From Thermoanaerobaculia bacterium (GTDB lineage: Bacteria; Acidobacteriota; Thermoanaerobaculia; UBA5066): a DNA stretch of 64,000 nucleotides. The notes under the pieces were generated by a model that was not told where the DNA came from, did not search any database, and saw only the letters and a list, made by a program, of their open reading frames with translations. Of the stretch, positions 30,401 through 40,087 are shown in pieces. The translations under genes were made by a program, and so were the position numbers. Every line of letters begins with the position of its first letter. Position 1 is the first letter of the stretch. The stretch spans positions 544,001-608,000 of the forward strand of contig CAVRAY010000001.1 of NCBI GenBank assembly GCA_963719225.1, given 5' to 3'.

Positions 30401-31077
30401 ACGTGGCTGCTTCGTCTGCGTCCGACGACGTGGAGTCGGCTCGCACGGAGTGGGGAAGCGCGGCGGCACCCAACCTGAGTCCGGCCGCTTCGTTCGAGCG
30501 CCGCGAGGTCACGCCGTTCGACCACCGCTGGGTCTCGCGCGGCCGATCGGACGTCGCGGACCTCACGCTCACCTCTCCGCGGCTCGTCGTTTCTTCCACC
30601 GTCCCGTTCAGCTTTACGTTCCACCATCGCTACTCTCTGTTCTCTTTCGGGAGCGGAGCGTCGGGCCTGTATTTCGACGGAGGCGTCCTGGAAATCTCGT
30701 CGGATGACGGCGCGACGTGGACCGACGTCGGCGCGTCCGCCGTGCCGGGCTATTCGCACGCCCTTTACGACGACTCCGACGCCGAGAGTCCCCTCCACGG
30801 CCGGCAGGCGTGGTCTGGTGGGTCTCCGGGATTCCCCGGCTTCACCTCAGTGGCGGTGTCGCTCGGAACGGCCTACGCGGGCACGGCGGTGCGCGTGCGT
30901 TTCCGCCGCGGCATGGAGTTCACCGACTCCGCGAGCCTCTGGGAGATCGACGACGTCGCGTTCACCGGCATCACGAACACGCCGTTCCCGGCGTTCGTCG
31001 CGGACCGCGGACGTTGTCGCGGGAAGACGATCCCCATCGGGACGACCGGCGGCGGGACGACCGTCAGGAAGAGGTAG
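27469..31077 (+). CDS. Secreted M36 (fungalysin) metallopeptidase with PA domain
   Basis: Signal peptide and propeptide, GNNVDAY, HEWAH, GEGWSD, PA insert IALVDRGTCAF, EAHATGEIW. Confidence 0.92.
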   Translation: MRKSSRPLFALVLLASPAAARTVPEFDAFAAASPVRRALALPAGDVARPGTVVHVEERLGVPTFLQPARAGESGRRALARKGVDAESVARAHLLDIAPLWGLSEPDVLSAPLAQIHDTGKGPIVVQLRQEAFGVPVFRDEIRIAMNRAYQPVAVAGYLPSVAGLSEPVFALAPGDALVRALADFGVTGLTPADVENLGAAPGGYERLGLAGVRHGLLAAPVRAKKVLFHLPGRLEPGWYLEIDVPKERAGSDLYAVVLAAKDGALLYRHRLAASDGFSYRVWAEPSGLKVPLNGPQGRGGDPYPGTTPDRYQAPFVAPSLVTLASGPISTRDPWLPPSATETNGNNVDAYADLAAPDGFGAGDFRANVTAAGVFDRTYDVTQEPGASDDQSKAAIAHLFYVTNFLHDWYYDVGFNEVAGNAQASNYGRGGIEGDALRAEAQDYDGTDNADMTTPADGGRPRMQMYVWSPNARRILTVTAPAAAARVVDIGLADFGPASFSIAGTVVIAVDGTPPASDACTPITNGAALAGKIALVDRGTCAFVIKVANAQAAGAIGVIVANNQGTLYFNMGDSPGATTLPYTIPAVSISTRDGSVLKSFLALQALTVTIQREAAVKRDGTVDSQIVAHEWAHYLSDRLVGNANGLNANQSSGLGEGWSDFSSLLLTVQAGDAALPGNSGFGGLYPMGGYVYGGGDNGFVYNTGWYFGLRRYPYSTDMTKDPLTYKHITNGVALPTGVPIAHPDDGSFNAEAHATGEIWTTMLWECYAALLRDTARLTFDQARDRMRAYFVASLKVTPLNPTLLEARDALLAVAFAADPDDHALFLRAFAKRGAGPRAATGDRFDPDNAGAVESFDVGGDLGVEAVAVDDSIAPCDRDGRLDAGETGNLTLLAKNRGLFRLSGTQLTVSSTNPAVSFPAGTTVSVPTTDPTQSAVVSVPVKLAPGTAGIQSLGFTITLRDPNLLADATATVSVRGNGDDVAASSASDDVESARTEWGSAAAPNLSPAASFERREVTPFDHRWVSRGRSDVADLTLTSPRLVVSSTVPFSFTFHHRYSLFSFGSGASGLYFDGGVLEISSDDGATWTDVGASAVPGYSHALYDDSDAESPLHGRQAWSGGSPGFPGFTSVAVSLGTAYAGTAVRVRFRRGMEFTDSASLWEIDDVAFTGITNTPFPAFVADRGRCRGKTIPIGTTGGGTTVRKR

Positions 31078-32440
31078 CGAGGGCGTTCAGGACGGCGCCG
31101 ACCTCGGCGTCCTCCTCTTCGGCGACGCTCCTCAGGTCGAGGAGGACGCGGCCCTCCTCGATCCGCCCGATGACCGGTGGCTCTCCCTTGCGGAGCGCCG
31201 CGAGCAGGGCGTCGGCCGAAAGCGAGGGCCGTGAAAGAGCGACGGCCTTCGAAGGCAGCGTGGACCCGGCGCCCGCGCCGCCTCCCGCGGTCGCGACGGA
31301 GTCGACCGCCGCCGCGTCGAATCCGGCCGCGCGCGCGGCCGCGGCGAGCGCATCCGCCCGCCGCGCCAGGTTTTCGAGGGAGATCTCGAGCATCCGGTGA
31401 AAGGGAATCTCGAGGCGCCGGCCCGCCAGGTGAAGATCGAGCGTCGCGGCGAGGGCCCCGAGGACGAGCTTGTCCGGGCGCAGGGCGCGCGCGAGAGGGT
31501 TGGCTCCCGCGCGCGCGACGAGGTCCTTTTTTCCGATGAGGATTCCCGCCTGAGGGCCGCCGAGCACTTTGTCGCCCGAGAAGCAGACGAGGTCCGCGCC
31601 CGCGTCGAGGGCCTCGAGAGGGACGGGCTCGTCCGCGAGGGCCCGCTCGGCGAAGCGAACGGGCGTGCCTGCCCCGGCGTCGAAGATCAGGGGGACGCCG
31701 TACGTCCCCGCGAGCGACCCGAGCGCGGAAACCGAGACCTCCTCGGTGAAGCCCACGATGCGGTAGTTCGAGGGCCGGACCTTGAGGATCGCGCCCGCGC
31801 CGGCCTCGAGCGCCTCTTCGTAGTCCCTCGGCGTGGTCCGGTTCGTGGTTCCGACCTCGTGGAGCGTGGCGCCGCTCTTCGCGAGGATCGAAGGCACGCG
31901 GAAGTCGCCGCCGATCGCGACGAGCTCGCCGCGCGAAACCGCCACTTTCCGCCCGTTCGCGAGCGTGTCGAGGGCGAGGAGGAGCGCCGCGGCCGTATTC
32001 GTGACCGCGAGGGCATCGAGGTCGTCCCGGCCCGGGGAAAACAGCGCGAGGAGAAGCGGTTTCACGTGATCGCCGCGCCGCCCGCGCGTCCCGGACTCGA
32101 GGTCGTACTCCAGCGTCGAGAAACCCGCGGCACGGCAAGCGGCGGCGACGGCTTCCGCGGCCAGCGGAGCTCGCCCGAGGTTCGTGTGCAGCAGGACGCC
32201 CGTCGCGTTCACGACGCGACGCGGCCCCGCGGGAAGCCTCGTCTCGAGCGTCCGGGCGGCCGCCGCCAGAATCGAATCGGCCGCTTCGCCCTCCCTCGGA
32301 GTCTCTGCGCGCCACCGGTCGGCGGCCTCGCGGAGGGCCTGCTTGGCGCGGGCGCGTCCGTGCCGGTCGGCCAGCGCCTTTCCGGGGGCGCTCTCGAGGA
32401 GGCGGTCCATGGCGGGAGGCCGGGGAGGCTCGGGATCCAT
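31064..32440 (-). CDS. selA: L-seryl-tRNA(Sec) selenium transferase
   Basis: VNATGVLLHTNLGRAPL, SRGELV.IGG.FR, EVGTTNRT, FSGDKVLGGPQAG. Confidence 0.95.
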   Translation of the reverse strand: MDPEPPRPPAMDRLLESAPGKALADRHGRARAKQALREAADRWRAETPREGEAADSILAAAARTLETRLPAGPRRVVNATGVLLHTNLGRAPLAAEAVAAACRAAGFSTLEYDLESGTRGRRGDHVKPLLLALFSPGRDDLDALAVTNTAAALLLALDTLANGRKVAVSRGELVAIGGDFRVPSILAKSGATLHEVGTTNRTTPRDYEEALEAGAGAILKVRPSNYRIVGFTEEVSVSALGSLAGTYGVPLIFDAGAGTPVRFAERALADEPVPLEALDAGADLVCFSGDKVLGGPQAGILIGKKDLVARAGANPLARALRPDKLVLGALAATLDLHLAGRRLEIPFHRMLEISLENLARRADALAAAARAAGFDAAAVDSVATAGGGAGAGSTLPSKAVALSRPSLSADALLAALRKGEPPVIGRIEEGRVLLDLRSVAEEEDAEVGAVLNALATSS

Positions 32441-32469
32441 GCGCGCCGAATGTAGACTACTTTTCGACG

Positions 32470-33069
32470 ATGGCCTTCTCGATCGCACGCGACCTCGACC
32501 TGCTCGACAAGAGCATCTCCTCCCTCAAGCTGGATTACGAGCGCTTCTTCTCGGGCGATCTGAAGGTCCCTCCTCTGCCTGCCCGCAAGAGCGTCGAGCA
32601 GGTGCTCCGGCGGGTCGGCAACGTATCTCCCGAGAGGGCGGAGGAGCGATTCCGGCTGCAGGCCCTCCAGAGCCGCTTCACGACGCTCTCGGAGCTGTGG
32701 GAGAAGCGTCTCGTAGCCCGGGAGGAGGGCCGTACGATGGTCCGGCCGCCGATCCACGTTGTCTCGGCGGCACGCCCGTCCCCGGCCCCGCCTCCCTCGA
32801 GCGACGCACGGGCGTCGGGCTCCGTAAGAACCTCCGGACGGGGCGACCTGAGGTCTCTCTTCGACCGGTACTGCGCGGCCCGCGCGGCAGCCGGCGAGGA
32901 TGCCTCGCGCCTCCGCTACGATCGATTCGAGGAGCTCGTGAAAAAGCAGGCCGCCGAGATCCGGAGAGCGACGGGCGCGACGCGCCTCGCCTTCGACGTG
33001 CAGACACGGGACGGCAAGGTGCGCCTCGTCGGCCGCTCCCTGCCGGCCCCGCCGAAAGGAACCTCATGA
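32470..33069 (+). CDS. MXAN_5187 C-terminal-domain-like protein
   Basis: LK.DYERFF.G...PP; C-terminal LFDRY.AAR...FDVQTRDGKVRL. Confidence 0.7.
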   Translation: MAFSIARDLDLLDKSISSLKLDYERFFSGDLKVPPLPARKSVEQVLRRVGNVSPERAEERFRLQALQSRFTTLSELWEKRLVAREEGRTMVRPPIHVVSAARPSPAPPPSSDARASGSVRTSGRGDLRSLFDRYCAARAAAGEDASRLRYDRFEELVKKQAAEIRRATGATRLAFDVQTRDGKVRLVGRSLPAPPKGTS

Positions 33070-34067
33070 AGGCCCATCGCCGCGCTCTTTTTGCCGGCGC
33101 ATTCGCCCTGTGCCTCTTGGCGTCCGGGCCGCTCGCCGCCCGCGACGTCTATCGGGGCTTTCTCGATCCCTCGAATCCGCAGCACCGGGCGACTCTCGAC
33201 CTCCTCGAGCGCCTCGAGAAGACGCCGAACGACGCTTCGCTCCACAACGACCTCGCGTGCCTCATCGCGCGCGACGGCTATTGGCGCGACGCCCTGAGGG
33301 AGTTCGCTGTCGCCGCGAAGCTCGACAAGACCGACACCCGCCCGCTCTTCAACGCCGGCCTCGTCCACGCGATGCGCGGTGAATGGGCGAGCGCGGCCTC
33401 CTCGTTCCGCAAGGCTGTCTCGCGCGGGCCCGGCAACTGGGCCGGCTGGTGGATGCTCGGATTCGCCGAGGAGCAGCGTGGCAACGAATCCGCCGCCGTT
33501 GCGGCGTACAAGGCCTCTCTTCGCGTCGACACGTCGCTGTTCGACGTGCGGAGAAACCCTTATGCGGCGCGCACGCGCCTGAAAGGACGCGTTCTCCTCG
33601 AATCGCTGGATTCCCGCGTTCTTCGTCTCGCGCTCCCGGCGACCGAGCAGATGGCGCAGCCCGACCTCGTGACCTCGTTCCAGGGCGGTCACGTCGCGGT
33701 CCATGCAGTTTCCGGAGCTCCCGTTCCGGGTGCGCCTGCCCCGCCTCCGCCCGCGCCGCCCGGCGGCGCGGTTTCGGACTCGAGACCGGGGCCGATCGGT
33801 CCGGTCGTCACGTCGGTGCCTCCCGTCAGCTCGAGCCGCCCGGCGCCGCCGCCGGTCTCGAACGTGTCGACGCCGCCGCCGGTGCCGACCGTCACCCGGG
33901 CGAACGAACCGATCCCGTCGGACTTCCCCGAGCAGTCCCCTGCGGGCCCCGCGCCGGCAAGGCGGCCGCGGCCGAGCCGCGGCGGGAACGAGGACGCTCC
34001 GGTCGAGACTCACACTCCGGTTCCGACTCCGACTCCGCGGCCGGCCGGACCCGGCGTGGGGTTCTAG
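33066..34067 (+). CDS. Exported TPR protein with Pro-rich tail
   Basis: Signal peptide, TPR-like helices, ATGA overlap with the upstream gene. Confidence 0.75.
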   Translation: MKAHRRALFAGAFALCLLASGPLAARDVYRGFLDPSNPQHRATLDLLERLEKTPNDASLHNDLACLIARDGYWRDALREFAVAAKLDKTDTRPLFNAGLVHAMRGEWASAASSFRKAVSRGPGNWAGWWMLGFAEEQRGNESAAVAAYKASLRVDTSLFDVRRNPYAARTRLKGRVLLESLDSRVLRLALPATEQMAQPDLVTSFQGGHVAVHAVSGAPVPGAPAPPPPAPPGGAVSDSRPGPIGPVVTSVPPVSSSRPAPPPVSNVSTPPPVPTVTRANEPIPSDFPEQSPAGPAPARRPRPSRGGNEDAPVETHTPVPTPTPRPAGPGVGF

Positions 34068-34068
34068 A

Positions 34069-35409
34069 TCAAGCGCCCTTCCACTTCGGGATGAACAGGG
34101 TGGGCGAGCCGGCGCCGCCGGAGCCCGAAGGCACGAACTTGAGGTCGTCTCCCACCGCCTCGACGGCACGCAGGAGCTCCGACAGGCGACCTTCCACGAG
34201 CGTCTCGGAGACGGCCTCGGCCGCCCGGCCTTTTTCCACCCAGTAGCCCGCGGCATGCAGGCGAAACCGGTCCGTGGCGAAGTCCACCTCGGGCCGGGAA
34301 AGCAGAACCGCCGCGTAGAAGCCGCGGGCGAGCGCGCGAAGGAGCTCCAGCGGGGCGACGCCCCGCGAGGGGTCCACGAAGAAGTTCGTGACGCCGATCG
34401 TGGGCGGGTCGGCGTAGGTCCGCCGTATCGCGTTTCCCGTCGGAGGTGCTTCGAGCCGGATCGCCGCCGCCCAGTCCGAAAGCCGTCCCGCCGCGATCCC
34501 GCAGGACACGAGGACCGTGCGGGCATGGGGCGTTCCCTCGCCGTCGTGCGTCGCCTTCACCGGACCGCCCGGCGCCGATGCGTCGTCGACCAGAGTGAAG
34601 GAAGGCGAGGCGAAGGCATCTCGTCCGTTCCGCGTGCGCGAGGCGAGAAGCGCATCTCCCTCGTCGCCGAAGAAGGCCGGCGCGAGGCGCCCCACGATCG
34701 GCGCCGCGACGTTCGGGTCCAGCAGCAGGTCGCCGCGCGCGGACGCGAGCGGTCGTCCCCGAAGGGGAAGGAGCGCGCGGTCGACCGCCTGATGGGCGAG
34801 GCGCGCGAGGAAGAGCTCCTCGGGCCGTGACGCCGACGCGAGAACGCGTGCCGAGACGCTGCCGGCGGGTGTGCGCCCGGTGACGCTCGCGACGAGCGTG
34901 GCGATTCCGCTGCCGAAGGAAACGTCGCGTCCGGCCGTCGTCGCGACGCGTTCCGTGCGCGCGCCGACGGTGAGGATCGCCTCGGTCAGGGACACCGCCC
35001 CTTCCCCCTCCGCAAGCAGCGCGCCGCGGAACGATGCGAGGAGCGCCCGCGCGGAAGCTTCGTCCGGCGGCGCGGGCGCGGAGATCGCCGAACCGCGGTC
35101 GAGCGCCACCGGCCCCGCCGCGCGGGTTCCGCGGCGCGCCCGTGCGCGGCCGAGGACCAGCCTCGCTTCGAAGGGAAGGCGGTTCACGGCCTCGGGCGGA
35201 GACGCCGCGAAGGCGGTGCGTCCCGACCGGAAGAGGCGCAGCGCGAAACCGCGCTCGGCGACGACCGACAGCCGGGAGCCCTCCGCGTCCTCGACGAGCT
35301 CGATCGACGTTCCATGGCGCTCGTAGGCTTCGGCGGACTCGCCCGCCGCGACGTCGCACTGCGCCTCCGCGAGAAGACGCTCGAGCATCCCGTCGCGTCC
35401 CGGGCTCAA
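34069..35409 (-). CDS. TldE/PmbA family protein
   Basis: LVDD...DGEG.P, TGNAIRR, SPTLFI; no HExxxH motif. Confidence 0.85.
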   Translation of the reverse strand: MSPGRDGMLERLLAEAQCDVAAGESAEAYERHGTSIELVEDAEGSRLSVVAERGFALRLFRSGRTAFAASPPEAVNRLPFEARLVLGRARARRGTRAAGPVALDRGSAISAPAPPDEASARALLASFRGALLAEGEGAVSLTEAILTVGARTERVATTAGRDVSFGSGIATLVASVTGRTPAGSVSARVLASASRPEELFLARLAHQAVDRALLPLRGRPLASARGDLLLDPNVAAPIVGRLAPAFFGDEGDALLASRTRNGRDAFASPSFTLVDDASAPGGPVKATHDGEGTPHARTVLVSCGIAAGRLSDWAAAIRLEAPPTGNAIRRTYADPPTIGVTNFFVDPSRGVAPLELLRALARGFYAAVLLSRPEVDFATDRFRLHAAGYWVEKGRAAEAVSETLVEGRLSELLRAVEAVGDDLKFVPSGSGGAGSPTLFIPKWKGA

Positions 35410-36761
35410 GCGCGGCCTCGCACCGCGGTCAGGCCGCGGATGAGAATCGCGGGCGACGCGCCGCCGACGGCGACTCCCTCACCCCCCTTGATGCAGAGAC
35501 CGAGACCGTTCGCGGGATGCGAGACGTCGCCGCTCTCCACGTGGAGCTGGCGCAACGCCGAAAGGACGTCCGACGTGAGCGCGAACGGGCCAAGGGGCGC
35601 ACCGATCGCCCCCCGGCGCACGAGGTCGGCGCTTTCGACGAAGAGCGTGAAACGGCCCGACTCCGGGTCCGCGTGGGCGGCCGAGATCTCCCGCACGTAG
35701 AGCCCGCTCCCGCAGGCCGCGAGGAGCTCGTCGCGGGACGCGCGTCCCGGCGAGATCACCAGGTTGGAGAGGCGCGGCCGCGGCGGACGGCGGAAGTCGC
35801 CGCAGCGCGCGTGCCCGTTCGACGCGCGGCCTGCGGTCCGGCGGTCCGTCAGGAGGCCGTCCACGCACCCGTCGGTCAGAAGCGCGACCGGCCGCGCGGC
35901 CGTGCCCTCGTCGTCCGCGAGATACGAGCCGGGGAGGTCGCCACGCGTCGGGTCCGCCGTGACGAAAACGCCGGCGGGCGCGACCGCGGCGCGCGCGACA
36001 CGCGTCAGGACGGAGCCCCGCTCTCCGCCTTCCGCTTCGAGCGGGTGGCCGACCGCCTCGTGCCAGAAGACGGACGCGGCGCCGGGCGAGAAGACGACGT
36101 CCACCCGCCCTTCGGCGGCCCGGTGCGTCGGGACGGGCCGCGCGGCTTCGGACAACGCCCGCGCGAAGGCATCGAGCGCCGGAGCCCAGGGTGAAGACGT
36201 CTGGAAGGCGAACGGCCGGGCCGCGTGCGCGCGCCTGAGAACGCCCGTCGCCTCGAGGCGCCGGACCGTTCCGCACGACACGATCTCGCGGGCCGTCACG
36301 ACCGCGCGCGAGACGAGAACGCGCGCGACGGTGAGCGAGAGCGAAAGCCCGCGCGGGTCGGGCAGCGCCCGGTGGAGCGCGGCGCCGAGCTGCGCGGCGC
36401 GCTCCTCCTCGTCTCCAGCCGAGGCTTCGGCTTCGGTGCGCGCCCGCGACGCTCCGCGCGATTTCAGGAAAGGCGATCCGCCCGCGCGGCGCGAGGCCTC
36501 GCGCACCGCCTCGCGAAGCGCCTCGGGCCCGTCTCCTTCGCGCGCGACGAGAAGGGACTCGCGGCCGCGCCTGAGGCGCACGGCGGTGCCACGCTCGTCG
36601 ATGAACGCGGGCGCGAGGAGCCCTGCCTCGGTCGCGGTCCACGAAGCGCGTGTCCTCCTCTCGCGAAAAGCCTCGCCGCTCTCCCCCCGGCGCAGCAATC
36701 CCGAGACGATCCGGACCGCATCCTCGGCGTCCTGGCGGAAGACCTCGACGACGTCGCTCAA
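35406..36761 (-). CDS. tldD: TldD family metalloprotease
   Basis: HEAVGH, DDEG, SNGHAR, PRLSNL, conserved C-terminal Cys (GLCIKGG). TTG start inferred from the upstream -10. Confidence 0.85.
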   Translation of the reverse strand: MSDVVEVFRQDAEDAVRIVSGLLRRGESGEAFRERRTRASWTATEAGLLAPAFIDERGTAVRLRRGRESLLVAREGDGPEALREAVREASRRAGGSPFLKSRGASRARTEAEASAGDEEERAAQLGAALHRALPDPRGLSLSLTVARVLVSRAVVTAREIVSCGTVRRLEATGVLRRAHAARPFAFQTSSPWAPALDAFARALSEAARPVPTHRAAEGRVDVVFSPGAASVFWHEAVGHPLEAEGGERGSVLTRVARAAVAPAGVFVTADPTRGDLPGSYLADDEGTAARPVALLTDGCVDGLLTDRRTAGRASNGHARCGDFRRPPRPRLSNLVISPGRASRDELLAACGSGLYVREISAAHADPESGRFTLFVESADLVRRGAIGAPLGPFALTSDVLSALRQLHVESGDVSHPANGLGLCIKGGEGVAVGGASPAILIRGLTAVRGRA

Positions 36762-36830
36762 CGAGAGGGGATTGTAGGAGCGGAGAGGATCCGCGACACG
36801 GCACGCACGGCAGGCGTATACCTCGTGCAG

Positions 36831-38195
36831 ATGCCCTCGCACATCTGGCTCGTCCTGGCGCTGACGGCTGCTGCGGCAGAACCGCCGGCGGCCTTCTCGG
36901 TCCGGGTCTTCCCACTCGTCGATTCGAGGGCAGGCGGCTGGCGCATTCAGCTTCTCGAGGAATCCGCGGACGGCCGCAAGCCGATCGACGAAGGCCCGGT
37001 GCGCGCCGACGGCAGCTGGGAATCGCGTGCCGTCCACAGCGGCGGACGCTATCGCGTGCGGGTCATGACGGCGGCCGGCGAGGGCTGGTACGCCGACGAG
37101 AAACCCTTCGAGTGGGATGGAACGGACCGCGTCCGGGAGGTGCGGCTCGGCTCGAGCGCGTTCCGCGGCACGCTCTTCCTCGGAAGAAAGCGCCTCTCGG
37201 CGCGCGTGACCTTCATGGACCGCGACGGCCTCGTCGCCGTCCCTTTTCCACGAGGACGGACGGTACCTTCGAGGGCGTCCTCCCGCGCGACGGCTGGTGG
37301 AACGTAACCGTCGTCTCGGACCGTCCGCACTTCCAGACCACGTTCGACGTGAAAGTTGATCCCGTCTTCCGGGACGGCACGCCTCCCGACGTCGAGATCC
37401 GGGTCGCGAGCAAAATGATTCAGGGCGAGATCGTGGATCTCCGGAACGTGCGTGTTCCCGTCGCCTCGCTTTCCGTATCCGGCTTTCCGGAGCCCATGAA
37501 CGTCGAAGGAGGCTGGTTCACGTGGGACAAGGTCGTCGACGGGTGGATGACGGTTCACGCCACGGCGCGAGGATTGAACGGGTTCGATTCGTCTCCCTTC
37601 CGAAAGATCCACGTCTCCGGGGGCTGGGTCGATCCGGGTTTCCTGTCCCTGGAGATCCGCCCGACGTACGTCCTTCACGGGCGCGCCGTTCTTCCTTCGG
37701 GCGAGCCGGCCGCCGGCGCGCGCATCCGGATCGTCTCTTCACCCTTCTACGAAATCCGAACGACCCCCGCCGACGGCCGATTCCAGATGACAATCCGAGG
37801 CGGCGGCGAGAACGCATGCCTTCTCGTCGTGGATTCTTCGAAGGCGGCGCGGCTCGTTCCGGTTCCCGCCTCGGAGACGGAGCAGGACGTGCCGGTGGCC
37901 GTCGCGCCCGGCACCCTCTCGCTGGAATTCACGCCGCGTGGCGAGCGTCGGATCGGAACGCTCGTCGCCAACGGCTGCAAGCTCTCGTGGGTTCAGTTCT
38001 CGCGAACTCCCGCAGATCGCCTCCGGCTCCACGGCCACGGTGACGAAGTCGACGTTCCGGGCGTCCGCGGGGGCGTATGCGATCTGCGGGCTCGAGCCGT
38101 GGGACTTCGACGAGGACGCCGAGATCCCGCCCGACGCGTGCGTGTCGGGAACGCTCGCGCCGGGCGGAACCCTCGGCCTGCGACTCAATCCCTGA
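36831..38195 (+). CDS. Secreted beta-sandwich (carboxypeptidase-regulatory-like) protein, two frameshifts (~37243, ~38000)
   Basis: Signal peptide MPSHIWLVLAL; three frames join into one protein ending CVSGTLAPGGTLGL. Confidence 0.6.
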
Positions 38196-38236
38196 GCGCG
38201 CAGATCGCGCGCCGTGTGCGATATCCTCGCCGGCTC

Positions 38237-38515
38237 ATGGCCCTTTCCGACGTTCGCCTTTCGGCGCAGGCCGCTTTCGTGGCGCGCCGGCTGCTCGCAG
38301 AAAAGATGGTCAAGGCCTCCTCGGTGGCCGACGTGCGGCACGCGCTCGAGGCGGCGCTCCTCGAGGACCGCGACCGGGAGCGGGCGCTCGACGAAGAGGT
38401 GAAGAGGATCCTCGAGAAGAACGCGGCGACGATTCGCGGCGCGAACGTCGACTACGCGGAGATGTTCCGGAAGGCGAAGAGAATGCTCGCCGAGAAGAAG
38501 AAAATCCCCCTCTGA
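38237..38515 (+). CDS. DUF507 family protein
   Basis: VRLS...LDEEVKRILEK...VDYAEMFRKAKRMLA. Confidence 0.8.
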   Translation: MALSDVRLSAQAAFVARRLLAEKMVKASSVADVRHALEAALLEDRDRERALDEEVKRILEKNAATIRGANVDYAEMFRKAKRMLAEKKKIPL

Positions 38516-38524
38516 GGGAGCGTC

Positions 38525-40087
38525 ATGCCACGTTCGATCGAAAACCGGCTGCTCGCCCTCGAGGCTCTTCGCGCGAAGGCGCGGGCCGGAGGCGGCCCCG
38601 CGCGCCGCGAGAAACAGCACAAGGCGGGGAAGCTCACGGCCCTGGAACGGGTCGAGCTCCTCGGCGATCCGGGATCCTTCGAGGAGATGGACACGTTCGT
38701 CGTCCACCGCTGCCGCGATTTCGGGATGGACGACGCCGCGAACGAGATTCCGGGCGACGGCGTGGTCGCGGGCGTCGTGCGTGTCGAGGGCCGCCCCGTC
38801 TTCGTCTTCGCGCAGGACTTCACGGTTTTCGGCGGGTCGCTGTCGGAGACGAACGCCGCGAAGATCTGCAAGGTCATGGACCTCGCGATGAAGGTGGGCG
38901 CGCCCGTCGTGGGCCTCAACGACTCGGGCGGCGCGCGCATCCAGGAAGGCGTCGTCTCTCTCGGGGGCTACGCCGACATCTTCCTGCGCAACACGCTCGC
39001 GTCCGGCGTCGTCCCGCAGATCTCGGCGGTGCTCGGCCCCTGCGCGGGCGGGGCCGTCTACTCGCCGGCGATCACGGACTTCGTCCTCATGGTGCGGGGC
39101 ACGAGCTCGATGTTCGTGACCGGGCCGGACGTCATCAAGACCGTCACGCACGAGGACGTCACGAAGGAAACCCTCGGCGGCGCCGATACGCACGCGGCCG
39201 TCTCGGGCGTCGCGCACATCGTCGCCGACTCGGACGCGGACTGCCTCCAGAAGATCCGCACGCTCCTCTCGTTCCTTCCCTCGAACAACCGCGAGGATCC
39301 TCCCCGCCGCGAGACCTCGGATCCCCCGGACCGCGAGGATCCCGAGCTGGACCACCTCGTCCCGTCCTCGCCGAACCAGCCCTACGACATGATCGGGCTC
39401 ATCCGGCACGTCGTGGACGACGGCGATCTCTTCGAGATCCACGCCGACTACGCGAAGAACATCGTCGTCGGCTTCGCGCGGCTGGGCGGCAAGCCCGTCG
39501 GGATCGTCGCGAACCAGCCGGACCATCTCGCGGGCGTCCTCGACATCGACGCCTCGGTCAAGGGCGCGCGCTTCGTGCGCTTCTGCGACGCCTTCAACGT
39601 TCCGCTCGTGACGTTCGAGGACGTGCCCGGCTTCCTGCCGGGGACGAAGCAGGAGTTCGGCGGCATCATCCGCCACGGCGCCAAGCTCCTCTACGCGTTC
39701 GCCGAGGCCACGGTCCCGAAGCTCACGGTCATCACGCGCAAGGCGTATGGCGGCGCGTACTGCGTCATGTCCTCCAAGCACATCCGGACGGACTTCAACT
39801 TCGCCTTTCCGACCGCGGAAATCGCGGTCATGGGCGCGGAAGGCGCCGTCAACATCCTCTACGGGCGCGAGCTGGCGGCCGCGACCGACCCGGTGGAAAC
39901 GCGCCGCGGGAAGGTCGAGGAATACCAGGACGCCTTCGCGAACCCGTGGGTGGCGGCGCGGCGCGGCTACGTGGACGACGTGATCGCGCCTCGCACGGCG
40001 CGGCGGCGCCTCATCCGGGCGCTCGACCTCCTCGGGAACAAGCGCGACACGATGCCGCCGAAGAAACACGGCAACATTCCGCTGTGA
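38525..40087 (+). CDS. pccB: Acyl-CoA carboxylase carboxyltransferase subunit
   Basis: [34 protein letters not shown]. Confidence 0.93.
   Translation: MPRSIENRLLALEALRAKARAGGGPARREKQHKAGKLTALERVELLGDPGSFEEMDTFVVHRCRDFGMDDAANEIPGDGVVAGVVRVEGRPVFVFAQDFTVFGGSLSETNAAKICKVMDLAMKVGAPVVGLNDSGGARIQEGVVSLGGYADIFLRNTLASGVVPQISAVLGPCAGGAVYSPAITDFVLMVRGTSSMFVTGPDVIKTVTHEDVTKETLGGADTHAAVSGVAHIVADSDADCLQKIRTLLSFLPSNNREDPPRRETSDPPDREDPELDHLVPSSPNQPYDMIGLIRHVVDDGDLFEIHADYAKNIVVGFARLGGKPVGIVANQPDHLAGVLDIDASVKGARFVRFCDAFNVPLVTFEDVPGFLPGTKQEFGGIIRHGAKLLYAFAEATVPKLTVITRKAYGGAYCVMSSKHIRTDFNFAFPTAEIAVMGAEGAVNILYGRELAAATDPVETRRGKVEEYQDAFANPWVAARRGYVDDVIAPRTARRRLIRALDLLGNKRDTMPPKKHGNIPL

Noticed and set aside
25936-30798. 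Very long alternative-frame ORFs (also 20677-23799, 61092-63827 and others)
   Set aside because: Arg/Gly-rich shadow ORFs, expected at high GC opposite real genes.
31064-32440. Selenoprotein, selC or SECIS near selA
   Set aside because: No in-frame TGA at a Cys-equivalent position and no tRNA-like structure was seen.
34069-36761. TldD/E plus ATP-grasp ligase as a RiPP cluster
   Set aside because: The genes are about 30 kb apart, no precursor peptide was seen, and TldD/E are commonly housekeeping.
37238-38010. Split genes or pseudogene at 36831-38195
   Set aside because: The first shift is repaired by one extra C in a short run; probably a sequencing error, though decay cannot be excluded.
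38077-40084. Apparent long N-terminal extensions in the ORF track (biotin carboxylase, kinase, PilT, LptD, TldD)
   Set aside because: These are upstream open frames overlapping neighbouring genes; the true starts are at the stop/start overlaps or just after -10 elements.
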